Numbered from the whole stretch's first letter, positions 24,729-37,566 are shown. The stretch: 63,160 nucleotides of DNA, filler included, from Circinaria calcarea (GCA_051942165.1; 27 parts of 27 records of this genome joined end to end with filler, not necessarily neighbours in it), one strand, 5' to 3'. Numbers and translations: made by a program. The notes: generated by a model not told the origin, from the letters alone.

Positions 24729-25515
24729 CAGGGTATAACAGGGATAAATTGAATATGAAATATCCTTAGATTTTGGGATGATTGATGATCAGCGCACGGA
24801 GTCCTGGATCTAGACGGTATGGGGATGGGTATCAAAGGCGATTATGAGATCCGGCGAGGCCGCCTGCGGAGCCAAGTATAATGGAAATTGGCCATAGAGA
24901 TGCGGTGCATCTAAAGCTGGTTACAAGGGGGAACCATCAGATGATTGAGTTGCAACATCATGCCAGAGATGTACGAAGTTGTGTTATCTGTCTGCATGCT
25001 ACTGCAGCGCTCGGTACGGTGCAGGAGAATGACACGACCGACATAATTTGGCCATTTTTCGCAGAGGAGGTTATCGATGTTAAGCTTAAACGGACGACTT
25101 CAACAGAAGTGGTTGAGCAAAACGGCTAGTCTGGTAGCAAAACACATCGTTGCTTCGAATCAAGCGACAGCAAATGAGTTTATACAAGAATCCTTGCCCG
25201 CCAACTCTGCACACGTTTCGTAAGCACTAATTCCCTCTATATGTACTGCGGTTATTCTCAAGGTTCCTTTATGCGGGAAGTTAGTCGGTCCACGCAGGAC
25301 ATCTGCAGCTAATACAAGCGACACTGCTGATGTTTAAAGTCACCCCTGTTCCTCCCACATTGATAGAGGCTATAGAGTATCAGATTTCCATCTGTGCTCA
25401 GTAGTTAGGACATATAAGAGCGAGTCCAGCCTGATTATTATAAAAAACATATACATATATCTCCTTTTCATCAATCTACTTTACCCAAAGTCTTTTTGTG
25501 TGCTGGCACTAAATC

Positions 25516-25758
25516 ATGCAAATCTTGCGTTCAACAAGCATTACTGTATTTCTATTCCTTGCTGCTCTAAGCTCAGCAGCTCCTGTCTCCCCTCCGTTCA
25601 AAGTTCCCCGAGCTCAGCCATTCTGCTCCAATGCCCACCATCCAGCCGGAACGTGAGTCAAACCCACCACTCCCAAAGAGAAAACCATTCACCCCAGCTA
25701 AACACTCCCCGCCCACCTCCAGCATCTACAGCCGCAGCCTCCAAGACCTCCCCTCCAA
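25516..25758 (+). CDS. Predicted secreted protein, 3' partial
   Basis: TATAAAAA about 75 bp upstream; signal-like MQILRSTSITVFLFLAALSSA-AP; intron 25653-25722 keeps the frame. Confidence 0.65.
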
Positions 25759-25858
25759 NNNNNNNNNNNNNNNNNNNNNNNNNNNNNNNNNNNNNNNNNN
25801 NNTTAATTAATTAANNNNNNNNNNNNNNNNNNNNNNNNNNNNNNNNNNNNNNNNNNNN

Positions 25859-26337
25859 ATGAGCCACCTATTAAGAGCGTCGTATTCTCCGGCTGGACGG
25901 CGCACCTTGATTTGATTCAAATCGCCCTCGAGGATAATTCGATCAAGTATGTCCGTCTTGATGGTAAAATGACTCGTTCGCAACGCAATGCTTCACTCGC
26001 CGCTTTCCGCGAAGATCCAGAAATACCAGTCATTCTAGTATCGATCATGGCGGGTGGTCTGGGTCTCAACCTTACTACTGCTTCCAAAGTCTATGTAATG
26101 GAGCCGCAATTTAACCCTGCAGCAGAAGCTCAGGCTATCGACCGTGTCCACCGTCTTGGCCAGAAGCGGGAAGTCACCGCCGTGAGGTTCATAATGGCTG
26201 ACAGCTTCGAAGAAAAGATGCTGGCACTGCAACGTAAGAAGCAGAATCTGGCCGACCTTAGCATGAATCGTGGCAAGCTCGATAAAGCTGAGGCTACTAA
26301 GAGAAGGCTCGAGGAGCTTCGGAGTCTTTTCAAGTAG
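25859..26337 (+). CDS. SNF2-family (Rad5/Rad16-like) helicase, C-terminal domain
   Basis: KSVVFS, RLDG, AGGLGLNLT and EPQFNPAAEAQAIDRVHRLGQ. Confidence 0.95.
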
Positions 26338-26925
26338 ACCGACCGGCCACATTTTTCTGTGATCCGAGCCATTTTGGTATTGCCAAATCAGGAATCTCGG
26401 AGGATATTGGCATGGCGCCTTCCATCTTGATATTAAACACCTGATCCTAGCCAGACCAGAGTTATTTCGGGGCGTTATTTCGCCTGTTCATTCTTCCTCA
26501 GCTGTAAGCGGGGCACATACTAGCTCGCATACGGCGTTGCAACGGTTTGGTTTTACATTATCTTTAGCATCCATCGTTCTGGTTGTTGGCGTCAACTCAC
26601 CATCGCCCAGGGCGTTTCTCCACCTGTCTTGGATTCCGGAGCTTGCACACGCTTGACTGGAGATTAAGGGTGGACGTCTTTATTTCAGGTGCAGCGTTTG
26701 AATCGGGGCGTCTGGCTTGTTGTCCAGTGATATTAGCGACATAGCGCAGATACCCCCTTTCGTAGCGAGATCTCATGAATATTGCATACAACTCGAGAGA
26801 TCATCGTGAGTGATTCAACCTTGCTATGGCCTCAATGGTAAAGCCGTCGTTCAACAAGACCAGCTTGTGGTGGTGTGGAGGCATAAGCTCCGTGGTCGAA
26901 AGAATTCTAAATCCCTCGCCAAACC

Positions 26926-27711
26926 TTAACTTATTTCAGTTTGACCTACATCCAGTATGAGTGGCCTGGCATCACTCTCCCATACCTTTCCCTTCCACGT
27001 TAGCACGACCTCCCTCTCCACCGTCGAATCCCCATTTCCTTTCTTCGGCATATACAGATTCTGCACCCCCACCCCCTGCGCCCCGATCTCCGCGACCCTC
27101 TCATTCCAAAGCACCTGTCTCACCCTCCCCACTCCTTCTCCCGCATCCTCTAGCATAACCCAAACCACCGGTCTCCTCAACCTCCTCACTGCCTCCCTAA
27201 CCCCCTTTGTAGCCTCCCTCGTCGCGCACAATATCCCCACCACCTCCTCACCTCCCCATCCCGCCGGCGCGCCTGCGAACGCGCCTTCCAATTCCCGAAC
27301 GAGGTTGGGTCCCACTTTCGCCTTGAGCGCTTTGCATTGCACGATGACGCGGAGAGGGTATGGGATCGAGGGGAGAGACCAGGTCCCCAAGAGGTCGATG
27401 CCGGCGTCGGAGCGGCCGCCTATGCGCTGTAGGTGCAGGCCGAGACGGGGGAGAGTGGTTTGGCAGAGGTATTCGTAATAGGTGCCGATGTAAGTCGTGG
27501 AGGTTGGGGAGAGGGAGGTTTGTCGCGCGTAGGTGAGGAAGGTGGAGAGGGAATTATGGTGGAAGGAGGATGGGAGAGGGGGTGTTGGGCCTGAGGCCGG
27601 GGAGAAGGAGGGTTCAGGGGAGGAGCTTGTGGAGTGCCATTGGTGACCGCGGGATACGCGTGCCAGAAGATACTTGGGAGTTAAATGAGCTTTGAAGAGG
27701 GTGCGGAGCAT
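26926..27711 (-). CDS. RRG7: Rrg7/DUF2034 mitochondrial protein (restriction-endonuclease-like fold)
   Basis: GTYYE, GGRSDAGIDLLGTW, VQCKA and GPNLVRELEG, with a presequence-like N-terminus. Confidence 0.85.
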   Translation of the reverse strand: MLRTLFKAHLTPKYLLARVSRGHQWHSTSSSPEPSFSPASGPTPPLPSSFHHNSLSTFLTYARQTSLSPTSTTYIGTYYEYLCQTTLPRLGLHLQRIGGRSDAGIDLLGTWSLPSIPYPLRVIVQCKALKAKVGPNLVRELEGAFAGAPAGWGGEEVVGILCATREATKGVREAVRRLRRPVVWVMLEDAGEGVGRVRQVLWNERVAEIGAQGVGVQNLYMPKKGNGDSTVEREVVLTWKGKVWESDARPLILDVGQTEIS

Positions 27712-27967
27712 AGGAGGGAAATCAATACGCAGATTCCGCCCTTATAGGGTGGAGTTAAGCTTAAGGTTAGATTTTGGAAGCACTTCGTGGAAACGGGCAC
27801 TAAGAGTAGCCCTATCATGATCGTCAGCAGGGATCCTTAAGAGTCTCATCCCATTTTTAAAAGTTTCAGCCAATGATTAACTTTATAGAATATTCTTACC
27901 TCCATTACAAAGCTTTCCGACTTACAACTCACCTTTACCCAGATATTCCAACGATCTCTCCACCACT

Positions 27968-28103
27968 ATGACTGACAAATTGACCCAGCTTCAAGAATGC
28001 CTCGACCAGGTATTTAACCCACCCCCTCCCTCTGTTCTTGACGCCCCACAGCTAACATCCAACCCCCTTTAGCTCTCAATCCAATTCTACGCCTCCCTAA
28101 AAT
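27968..28103 (+). CDS. MED21: Mediator subunit Med21/Srb7, 5' fragment
   Basis: MTDKLTQLQECLDQ, intron 28010-28072, then LSIQFYASL. Divergent from RRG7. Confidence 0.85.
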
Positions 28104-28203
28104 NNNNNNNNNNNNNNNNNNNNNNNNNNNNNNNNNNNNNNNNNNNNTTAATTAATTAANNNNNNNNNNNNNNNNNNNNNNNNNNNNNNNNNNNNNNNNN
28201 NNN

Positions 28204-30445
28204 CATCCTCCATGACATCCTCGCCCACGCGCCAACTGCGCAGCAGAACCCCCTTATCCTCCAGAATATCCTTGGCCCGCGCCCACCGCCGTTTCCAAAG
28301 CTCTTCCTTCTTGTTGAGAGGGGAGATGGGATTGCCGTTGATATCTTCGGTAATTGCGGATTCGCCGTTGCCGTAGCCGAGACGATTGGTTGCGTATTGG
28401 GCAGCGGCGACGGGGTACGAGGTCAAGGTACGGCGGGGTGGGACAGGCGGAGGGGGTTTGGAGGCATTGCCTGTGGATGTGGAGCATTGGATTTCAGATT
28501 CGGGTCGAGAACGGTCAGGTGATGTCGGCGTGCTCTGGGGAGAGGTCCCGTTCCAATAGGCAACGGGAGAAGGAAGCAAGTTGTATGCAGAAGCAACTTT
28601 GCTTCGGACAGCAGAACGGTAACCTTGGGACTCGTGAGAGGTGTCTCTGTTAGTGTTGGAGCTGGCATTTTGGGTTTGGGATGGGGGTTTGGGTTCAAGG
28701 GAATGGTTGGCGGATTCGTGGGATATGGAGTATCTCCGCGGTTTTGGTGGTGGTGCAGGTCCCTTTTTGGTTGGTGTTGGACCGTTTGAGGTAGACGTCC
28801 CATTTTGATGCTCTCCCGAAGGACTTCGAAGAGCCAGTGGTTTAGTAGGTCGCCGTGGGGGTGTTGCCTTCTTCGAAGGGTTACTTGTATCATCCAGTCC
28901 TATTAGGTCCTGCTCATGCCTTGAGCCGAAGGGTCGCTCGACCTCTGGCTCATCAAAGTCAATGAGATTGCCCATTACAGGTCCAGTGGCTTGCGAGTCA
29001 GACAAAATGGTCGGTAATTGTGGTCTTGGAGGTAATAATGGATTTTGTTCCGGCTTCCCATTCGAATGTGTCGAATCATAAGTATGTTTTTCTACGTTCC
29101 CTCCCAACGAAGACTTTGATCCGCTTCTCCGCAACGAAGACCTTGATCCGGTGCGACGTAGCGAAGATCTTGATCTCCGTTTACCACTTAATGGTCCCAT
29201 AGACGAATCAAAGAAGCCCTGATTGGGCGAAGTGGTAACATCCCTGATAAAGACGCCCAAGATCCTACCTGGGTTACTTAATACAACATCGGTATATAAC
29301 TCCAAATCTGCTTCTCCACTGTCACCGATAAGAATAAACCGTCTTTCCGGAAAGTCATGCATTATTTTATCCAATGTACCTTTCTTCCTCTCAGCAACCG
29401 GTTCAAAGATCCCTTGAAGCATTCCCGTATATTGCTTAAGATGAAATGACCCAGGAGGTAGACCTGCCATCGCAAAGAAACTCACCAAGACGGGATAAAG
29501 TTGCCATGGAGAATTCGAAACATAATGCAACTGTACCCCCATCTCGTGCATTTTTGAATACCATTCTCGAACTCCTGGAATGGTAAGATCCCCAAGGTCT
29601 CGAATAAAGGTGTTCCGGAAGATCTCCTTGGCCCCAGCACCGATCGACGAATGCTTGATTGTATCGTCAATATCACTTATGACGCTCACACCAGTAGGCT
29701 CTGTAATTCGTACTTCCTCCGTTGCGGATAGATTGGGATTTGCCAGGACTCGGATGTGAGTAGGTACAAAATCCAGCGCCGCTCTGAAATTGAAGTGGCC
29801 AACCTCATTTGTAGTTGTAGACCTCGACTGAGAAGTGTGGTCGTTGTAGAAGAAAATCGTTAGCCCAGTACCAACGAGTGGATTTGTCAGAAATGGTTTC
29901 AATCTAGCCATAAGGTGTGCATTGGCGACTGCGAGCTCCGCCTCGCTCATGTCGCCTGGCTGATTCCATGAAGCACGTTTCAGCAAACCCCCGGGTCCTG
30001 GCGCATTTTCCATGTCTGCGTGCGCTACACTGCTGGCAAGGGGGCGAGAGAACTCACTAGGACGAGGATCGTCAGGTCTTGGGGATGGTGAACGGCTTTC
30101 GCTGTTATTACTATACACGCTCAACCGCTCCATGTCTCGACCCGGTGGTTCACTGTAGCCTCCACGCCCAGCAACATCTGCCTCATGACGCCCTCGCTGC
30201 GTGATAGACATGACTTCCTTTTCCACCAATTCAGCCTCATGCTCTGCAGCTCTATCACGGTGTGTACTCGATGCCCGGCTAGGATTCTGGCTGCTCGCGG
30301 TCGGAGCCGGTATCCCGCTCAGATGCCTCGCAATGCCCATCAGTAATCGGTTCTTGCGAGTCATAGGCCCTCTATGCGGAGAGTAGATCCAACCCCGAAC
30401 ATCCACATCCACTATGGCGTTGTCATCTTCATACTTTTCCCATTC
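28204..30445 (-). CDS. APP1: App1 phosphatidate phosphatase (DUF2183), partial at both ends
   Basis: ISDIDDTIK (DxDxT), YVSNSPWQLY and IGDSGEADLE, followed by Pro-rich PPxPPR motifs. Confidence 0.92.
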
Positions 30446-31008
30446 NNNNNNNNNNNNNNNNNNNNNNNNNNNNNNNNNNNNNNNNNNNNTTAATTAATTA
30501 ANNNNNNNNNNNNNNNNNNNNNNNNNNNNNNNNNNNNNNNNNNNNGGTGTTGTGTCCCGAGAAAGCTTGGGTCGAGAGTCTAGGTGTTTTGGTTTCCAAA
30601 AAAAAATAAGAGCAAGGGTTTTCCCCTACTCCGTTACTGGAAACGGGAAACGAACCGTGCCGGCCTTGGTAACAAAGTTAGGATTAGTTGGGCTGGGGGT
30701 GGTACGGTCTGTTCCTTTTTCAACCAATGAAGGGACATATACTACAAAGAATTATGAAAACCATGCTCGGGTTGGAATGGTAGTCAGAGATTGAAAGGAG
30801 GAAACGCAGATAGAAACTCGTATAACCTTCGACAGAAGCAGGGAATTATGCAAAATCACATAAGTTTGCTAAAACATAGTACCGTCTTCGTTTTATGCTC
30901 TATATATATCTATAGAATAGCCGTGGTATATACACGCCAGATCTGTTCGGGGGTTCCGGGGCCATGGGCGGCAACCCACCAAGATACAAATTCAACACTC
31001 ACCTATTT

Positions 31009-31644
31009 CTAAAGTTGTAAATCAAGTGTCCTCCCCGCCAGATTCTTGTATACCATATCTCCTCTTCTCTCGTCCGTATAATTCGTCCCATTCACCTCCA
31101 ATATATGCGGATATACCCACCTGGGCTCCCTGGCCGCCTCACCGCCCTCCACATGCACACTCCTCCTCCTCCTCGTCGCCCGGGTGCAAAACCCCAGCAA
31201 GACCCCCAACCAGCCCGTGCCCGTGGCGTGCGCCGTGGCGATCGTCTTGGCGGGACATTGGATATAGCTGGCGCCATGGATGAAATTTCGATAGCCGTAA
31301 GGGGAGCGGTATTCCCAGCGGGGAATATCATATCGCACGGCGCGCTGCCGCCCATCGCATCCTCGATGCCAGTGCTGATTCCACTCGATGCCCGGCGGGG
31401 CTCCCCAGAATGCGGAGATAGCGCCGGGGGGGAGATGGTCGAATCTCCCGTGGTTGATGACGATGGTGGAGTGGACGGGCATGAGGGAGATGCAGCAGTC
31501 TCCGGGCGCCATACCGGTGTAGTATGCCAGGTTCCATGGGTGGTCACCGTGGCCGAAGTTGAGGGTTACGGTTGTGTCCCAGGCGGAGGAGGGTGGGAGG
31601 ATCAGGGTGATGAGGGAAAGGAAAGGCGTGAGGAGGAGGTGCAT
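31009..31644 (-). CDS. Secreted Cys-containing hypothetical protein (211 aa, intronless)
   Basis: Signal-like N-terminus, GDCC motif, internal RRRR and an NGT sequon; GC-rich ORF. Confidence 0.75.
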   Translation of the reverse strand: MHLLLTPFLSLITLILPPSSAWDTTVTLNFGHGDHPWNLAYYTGMAPGDCCISLMPVHSTIVINHGRFDHLPPGAISAFWGAPPGIEWNQHWHRGCDGRQRAVRYDIPRWEYRSPYGYRNFIHGASYIQCPAKTIATAHATGTGWLGVLLGFCTRATRRRRSVHVEGGEAAREPRWVYPHILEVNGTNYTDERRGDMVYKNLAGRTLDLQL

Positions 31645-32886
31645 GTTGTTGGAATGGGGTTTGACGCACTCAGTTCGAGGGATCTAGTGCCAGCGTTGAG
31701 AAACAATGGTTATGGGGGTCGACAAACAACAAGCATTTGGGGGTGTTTTTTGTTTATTTTCCGAATTGATGCGAAACGTCTCGTTGATGGATACGTAACT
31801 CATCGCATACGGAATTGAGTTATCTGAAACTACCTTTTCGCGACAGCGACAATAACATATCGAGAAAGTCATGCCAACCTTGCTCATACACTGGAATACA
31901 GTTATATGAATGCAGTCCACTCGAACGACAAATTCGATAGTAAACGCTCGAGGTGAGGGAAGCGAAGATGCAGACGAACCCCTCAATTTTCCAAAGCCGC
32001 CAATAGTGCAGCCGGTGCAGAGTACACTGGCAGTACCGGGTGCAGCGCAAAGGGTATTGCGCACTGTTACACTGACAGTGCAGCCCTATATCCACCTTAC
32101 AAGGCTACCAGCCCATTCTCCCTGCCCCCTTTTACCCCTTTCTCCCCCCGCGGGGGCTTGATACCGAGGCCACTACCCCCATTTAGCCACTTTTGGTGTA
32201 CACAGTCAGTACAGTTTACTGCACCACTAGCGGCCTTGTCAGTTTCCCGAAGCTGAATGCGTGGGAAGAAAACAAAACGTCGCTGTTAAAAAATCGCCAG
32301 GCGAAGCATCGATAAAGATCATAAATCGAATCGAGATTTCGCAGGGTGGCCTTGGGTAAGGAGAATTACTGAACGGACCCCTCGGCAAGTTAAGCAACCA
32401 AAACCCCCTCCCCCGGATTTACCACGGGGGAGGACGAGAGCTATGCTACATTGAGTGCCACCAACTTGACACGATAAGACTGGCGTAGTAATCTACAGAT
32501 AGCTTCGACGTTTGACCGTTGGACATAGGGAAGACCTATGGAAGAGTGATGTTTCTTGCAGTACTGGCTGGAAGCCGAGCGATACGCATTTGACTTGCAA
32601 TTGCTTATAGGAATGGACATGATATCAATGTTGGTTGATCAAGTCAATAAGTCCTTCGCGGCCTTAACTCTCCTCCAGAACAGCCTCAATCAAACTCTGG
32701 ACGCCTGGATCCTTCGTCCAAATGCCAGTAACCCTCAATCCCACGGACTGCAGAAGGCTGCGCCACTGAGCCTCCGTCCGCTCCGANNNNNNNNNNNNNN
32801 NNNNNNNNNNNNNNNNNNNNNNNNNNNNNNTTAATTAATTAANNNNNNNNNNNNNNNNNNNNNNNNNNNNNNNNNNNNNNNNNNNN

Positions 32887-34067
32887 ATCGCACTCAATCC
32901 TCCTAAAGCAGCCTTTAATTTCTGCGTTCCCAGTATGACTTTAGAAGGCTCTTCACTTTCCGGATCCATGTTCGGGGAAAACATATCCTTGTCTTCAAGG
33001 GTCTGGAGGTATCCAGTCAAAGCCTTGAGGGTACTCTGAAGGGCTTTAATATAGGCGCTTGCGTCCTTGAAAACCACATCTCTGGAGCTGATAGGGAACA
33101 CAAAGAGGTTTACCCCAAAAGCAATAGCGAATCCAGTAAGGCAGGCCTCCAGCAGTTTCTTGACGAATGATATGCCGGCAGCCATGGTAGGAAACAGAGG
33201 AGAATATGTGCTGGCCACTGAAGAAGCTTAGTGGGAATTCTGTGACTCCTTGTGGAATACAACCCTCACCATTGGCAAAAATCGAGTATATAATGACTGG
33301 TAGCTGTAACTGTGGCCGCGAAGCTCTGAACCTAGTTCGTCTTTCAGTATTGACAATCTATGCGACTGTTTTGAATCCACTGACGCGTTTGCGATTAAGA
33401 TACTAAAGAAGAGCCCAATGGCCGAGACGGCGCTGGCGCTCGAATTATATGGTGCAGTAGCGGAAGCAGGCGTTGGTCCAGCTTGAAGAACTGACTTGGG
33501 AGAGGTGTGTATTCTAGCTTGCACACTGCAGTAGATTGTTAGAAGAGCAATGCCAGCTCCTATGCATACCCCGACCTGATCCTGTCAGCGATCCCGTGCC
33601 CCTTTATGCATCGCAAACTCACTGTATTCAAAAGCAGAGTCTGAAAATGTTTTGAGCGGGGCATTATAGCTAAAGATAAGATAGACATGATAGCGACGAG
33701 GTAGCCTAGGGTCGAATACACTTGAGCAACCGGCGTTGCCTGGTATCTTCAAGATAGTTTCAGTTCTAGGAGCAGGGTGGATTGAAGAGTTGATATTACA
33801 GACATTGCAGTAGCTATTATAGGAGGCAGTGCTCCCCTATTCAACTATTAGAATAGGGCTACATCTGCATTATCAGGGAAAAACTAACTTTGTCATCAGA
33901 CGCAGCATCCTAAGGTCCAACCCCATCTTGTTCCAAAGCCTTCTAGGCAAAGGGGGTTTTTTCGCAATTTGCTCCACCCCTGTGACTGATTCCTGTCCAC
34001 AAAACCCCGTCTTTGATTGTTCATTTGGTAAGTTTTCCCCGGTTGTTTTCTGCTCTGAGCTCGCCAT
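32887..34067 (-). CDS. ArAE_2_N-type putative ER membrane transporter, multi-exon, 3' partial
   Basis: Spliced exons give GLDLRML..KGALPPII, YSTLGYLVAIMSILS..IMPRSK, YNSSASAV, RPQLQLPVIIYSIF and GVNLFVFPISSR. Confidence 0.8.
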
Positions 34068-35871
34068 GTTTCATCAACCTCCTGAATTGATTATGCGAAT
34101 TGGCAACAAGCTCCTATTCCTGTAGACCGCGAACAACTGATCGCAATTAGCTTCGAGTGGAGATCGAAGGAGTATTCTTTTGCAGAAGCTGGCTGAATAG
34201 AAATCTCTCAAGCCGCCCATCGGGTTTTAATTATCACAAGGAGGGCCAATACTCTGGATGCTGCGGATCTTGATAGCTAGAGAAGGTTCCGGCGATGGCG
34301 AAGAAAATCCAAGTCGCATTGCCCATGGTCTGGTATTCCGTGAGACATTGATCTTAGGAGTAATCTAGTAGGAAGCCTTTTGCAGTACCGAGTAGGGACT
34401 CAATCCATGCGACAAACGGAGGTAAGGTTCATACGTCCGGTAAGGCTGACCTGGAGCTACGGGCTAGGCTGTCAGATGTCCCCATTTGGTCCTTTTCCAA
34501 CAGAGAAAATACCGCATTCTAAACTCAACAATGTAGCGCCCGTAACTAAGAACTACACCATATTTGGGATTCAGAAGGCGAAGGCGAAATTGCAAAGGAA
34601 GCAGGCATGCAGACCGCCTTGTTTCTAGTCCACCTGAATCACGAGACAAGGGCAAAAGCTCCATCATCTTACATATAAACCCGGGAGCCTTTATCTTGGA
34701 TGTCTCTTTCGGCCTCACCGCCGACATTACCCTCTCATAAGTAAGCTAAGCAGAACTCAGGAACTACAGATAAACTCACACTCGCACTTCACCCCTATTA
34801 CGACGCTCATCACGATCTCCAGTCGTGACATCCTCCTGCGAGCAAAATGGTAAATGGGCGGCTTACCCAAGCACTAATTATTTCCAGCCAGTAGGTGGTA
34901 AGACATAGTTCACTCAATACTATCATCTAAGATTGGCAAAGCGTTTTCAATATGGCGCTACCGAATATTAGGATCGATCCTACCCACTTCACGGAAGTCC
35001 TGAGTCCTAACTTACGCTCTTTAGAATGTCTAGGCTTTTGCAAAGTATTCATCGCAATTGGCAGGCTTTTCGAACCCTAAGGTATTCTTGAGTAAACGTG
35101 GAGATATCCAACTTGCCCTAAACCACNNNNNNNNNNNNNNNNNNNNNNNNNNNNNNNNNNNNNNNNNNNNTTAATTAATTAANNNNNNNNNNNNNNNNNN
35201 NNNNNNNNNNNNNNNNNNNNNNNNNNGCAGAGCTTAACGATCACGGTAAGGGAGAACGCAGGATGGAGAAAGGTATTCCAGGGACGCATATCTGGGTCCA
35301 AGCGAAAGTCGAGAATAAGGCATACCGAGACTACTGCCACGTTGTGGTGAGAATCTGCGAGGTTAGAGATTTCGTAAAGGCCAAGGGAGTTCAACATAGC
35401 AGCGCTGAATGAGATGGGTTTTATTTGGTGATATCACAAGGCACGCGCACAGCCTTACTATGTATTCGCTTATACAACTTGTGTCAAGATGTAGTATGAC
35501 TGCCTTTAGTAAAACCCGCTGCTGTAGGTAAGACCGAGACCACAAGACCCGTAAGACCCGGTTTGTTAATAGGGAGTCGGCTTGGATTTCATTCCGTGAT
35601 TGATATCGGGCCCGATTCGTCTCGATGTACCTCACACTGCATATTTCGACAGCCTCCCCATGGCTCCCTCGAAGAATGGAGAGGGTTGATGTAAGACAGC
35701 GGAAGCCTATTATCTTCCGAGCCTCCGTGATAATTAGTGAACCAGCCGTGGAATATCTTCATAAAAGCTTCCGTACCTCTGCACCATCGATCGCATTCAT
35801 TCCATTTCCCCAAGACACTCCCAAACCCCTTTCCATAAACCGTCTTCTTTACCATATAATAGCAGCGAGGC

Positions 35872-36561
35872 ATGGCTCAAAATCTCACACGCCAGATTGC
35901 TGGCGTAACTATCCCAAATACGGAAGTCGTCCAAAAGGCCCTCGCATACGCACGCTCTCATTCAGATGATATGACGTACAACCACGTCTTTCGGTCCTGT
36001 CTCTTCGGATTCGTGATTGCCGACAAGAACCCCAGCCTTCGTGACAGAGACCGGGAAGTCCACGCGGTGGCAGCGGTCTTGCATGACCTTGGTTGGGACA
36101 ACACTGGAGAACTCGTATCGGAGGACAAGCGCTTTGAGGTGGATGGAGCCATTGCCGCGCGGGCATTCCTCGATCAAGAGGCAAAGGAGTGGGACCCTCG
36201 GCGAAAACAACTCGTGTGGGACGCCATCGCCTTGCACACGACCTTATCCATTGCCATGCACAAGGAAGTTGAAGTTGTTGCGATCACGCAGGGGATCATG
36301 GCCGATTTCGCTGGCCCAGATGGGGTTCCAGGGGGGTTACTCACATGGGATGAGTATCGTGAGATTGTAAAGGCTTTGCCTAGGATTGGACTAGTTGCGG
36401 GCTGCCGAGAGATCTTTTGCAATCTTTGCAGGACGAAACCAGCAACAACCTATGACAACATTGTCTCCCAGTGGGGAGAAAAATATGTCGAAGGCTATAC
36501 GCTTGACGGACATAAGGCGGTCGATAGCATGGAGATTTACAAGTTGGAAGACTGGCCGTAA
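35872..36561 (+). CDS. HD-domain metal-dependent hydrolase (cyanamide-hydratase-related)
   Basis: YNHVFRS, AVLHDLG, RFEVDGA and VWDAIALHT; intronless. Confidence 0.9.
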   Translation: MAQNLTRQIAGVTIPNTEVVQKALAYARSHSDDMTYNHVFRSCLFGFVIADKNPSLRDRDREVHAVAAVLHDLGWDNTGELVSEDKRFEVDGAIAARAFLDQEAKEWDPRRKQLVWDAIALHTTLSIAMHKEVEVVAITQGIMADFAGPDGVPGGLLTWDEYREIVKALPRIGLVAGCREIFCNLCRTKPATTYDNIVSQWGEKYVEGYTLDGHKAVDSMEIYKLEDWP

Positions 36562-36959
36562 GGCGAAACCTTGAGTCTCATTAGCTGCAAACATCATCAG
36601 ATAAATCGCCAGATTGACAAAATAAAGCCTCATCTACATCATGCTGTCGAGGTTCAGTTATGAAAATAATGTCAGTGTATTGTAGAAATAAATAGATTCT
36701 TCGACCGAAAGATAGCCCCTAAGTGTACATTGGTCTAATTCGGCAGCATTATCCAAGGCATTCTAGATAAGAATGAGAATCACCTTTCCCGTCTCTTGAA
36801 AGCTACATCCCCTAGCGACATCCCGAGAGAGCATATATGGTGTAAATGCAGAGTCTGTTGCCGCTGATGGCAGGAGAACAAGAAAATATGCCACCAAGCT
36901 AGACGCACCACATGGCAGTTCAGGCCACGTGCAGCTTGTTACACACACTCAGCCTCTGA

Positions 36960-37466
36960 TCAAGCTTCGAAACGCAATCGAGACGCGAGTGAAGCTCCGT
37001 ACCATAGTGTGCACACTATAGTAAGAAGATTCAAGTGTATAGCCATAGCATGCGCTCTCGAGAACCTCCTGTTGACAGCTTGCATCTCTTTACTTTGATC
37101 CACCATATCATTGTGTTTTCGACCATCACGCGTCTCCTGGTGAACCCGCTCCACCATTATCCCAGACGTCCTCGGACCATATTCCACCACGTTCAGGAGT
37201 GACGTGACAGAAGCTAAGGCCAAAGGCACAATATCGTACCAGTGTTTGGTAAGGGAGAAGAAGGAGTGCGGAGGATGAGTGAAGGCTGCAAGGCAGACGA
37301 GGAAGGCTTGGGTGCGGAAGTAAACGGGGAACAGCTTTTTCTGAAGGCTGGTAAACTGCGGCATTGGAAGGTTACGATAGCAGAGACTGGTGTTGATGAA
37401 GGTCTAGGATCGTTAATTGGAAAGATGTAAGACGCATGTGGGAAGCATTAACCTGGAAGAGTTGTG
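36960..37466 (-). CDS. DUF4149/TMEM205-like membrane protein, 5' partial
   Basis: QLFQ/TFINT..LPMPQFTSLQKKLFPVYF, GPRT and FSRAHAMAIHLN. Confidence 0.85.
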
Positions 37467-37566
37467 NNNNNNNNNNNNNNNNNNNNNNNNNNNNNNNNNN
37501 NNNNNNNNNNTTAATTAATTAANNNNNNNNNNNNNNNNNNNNNNNNNNNNNNNNNNNNNNNNNNNN

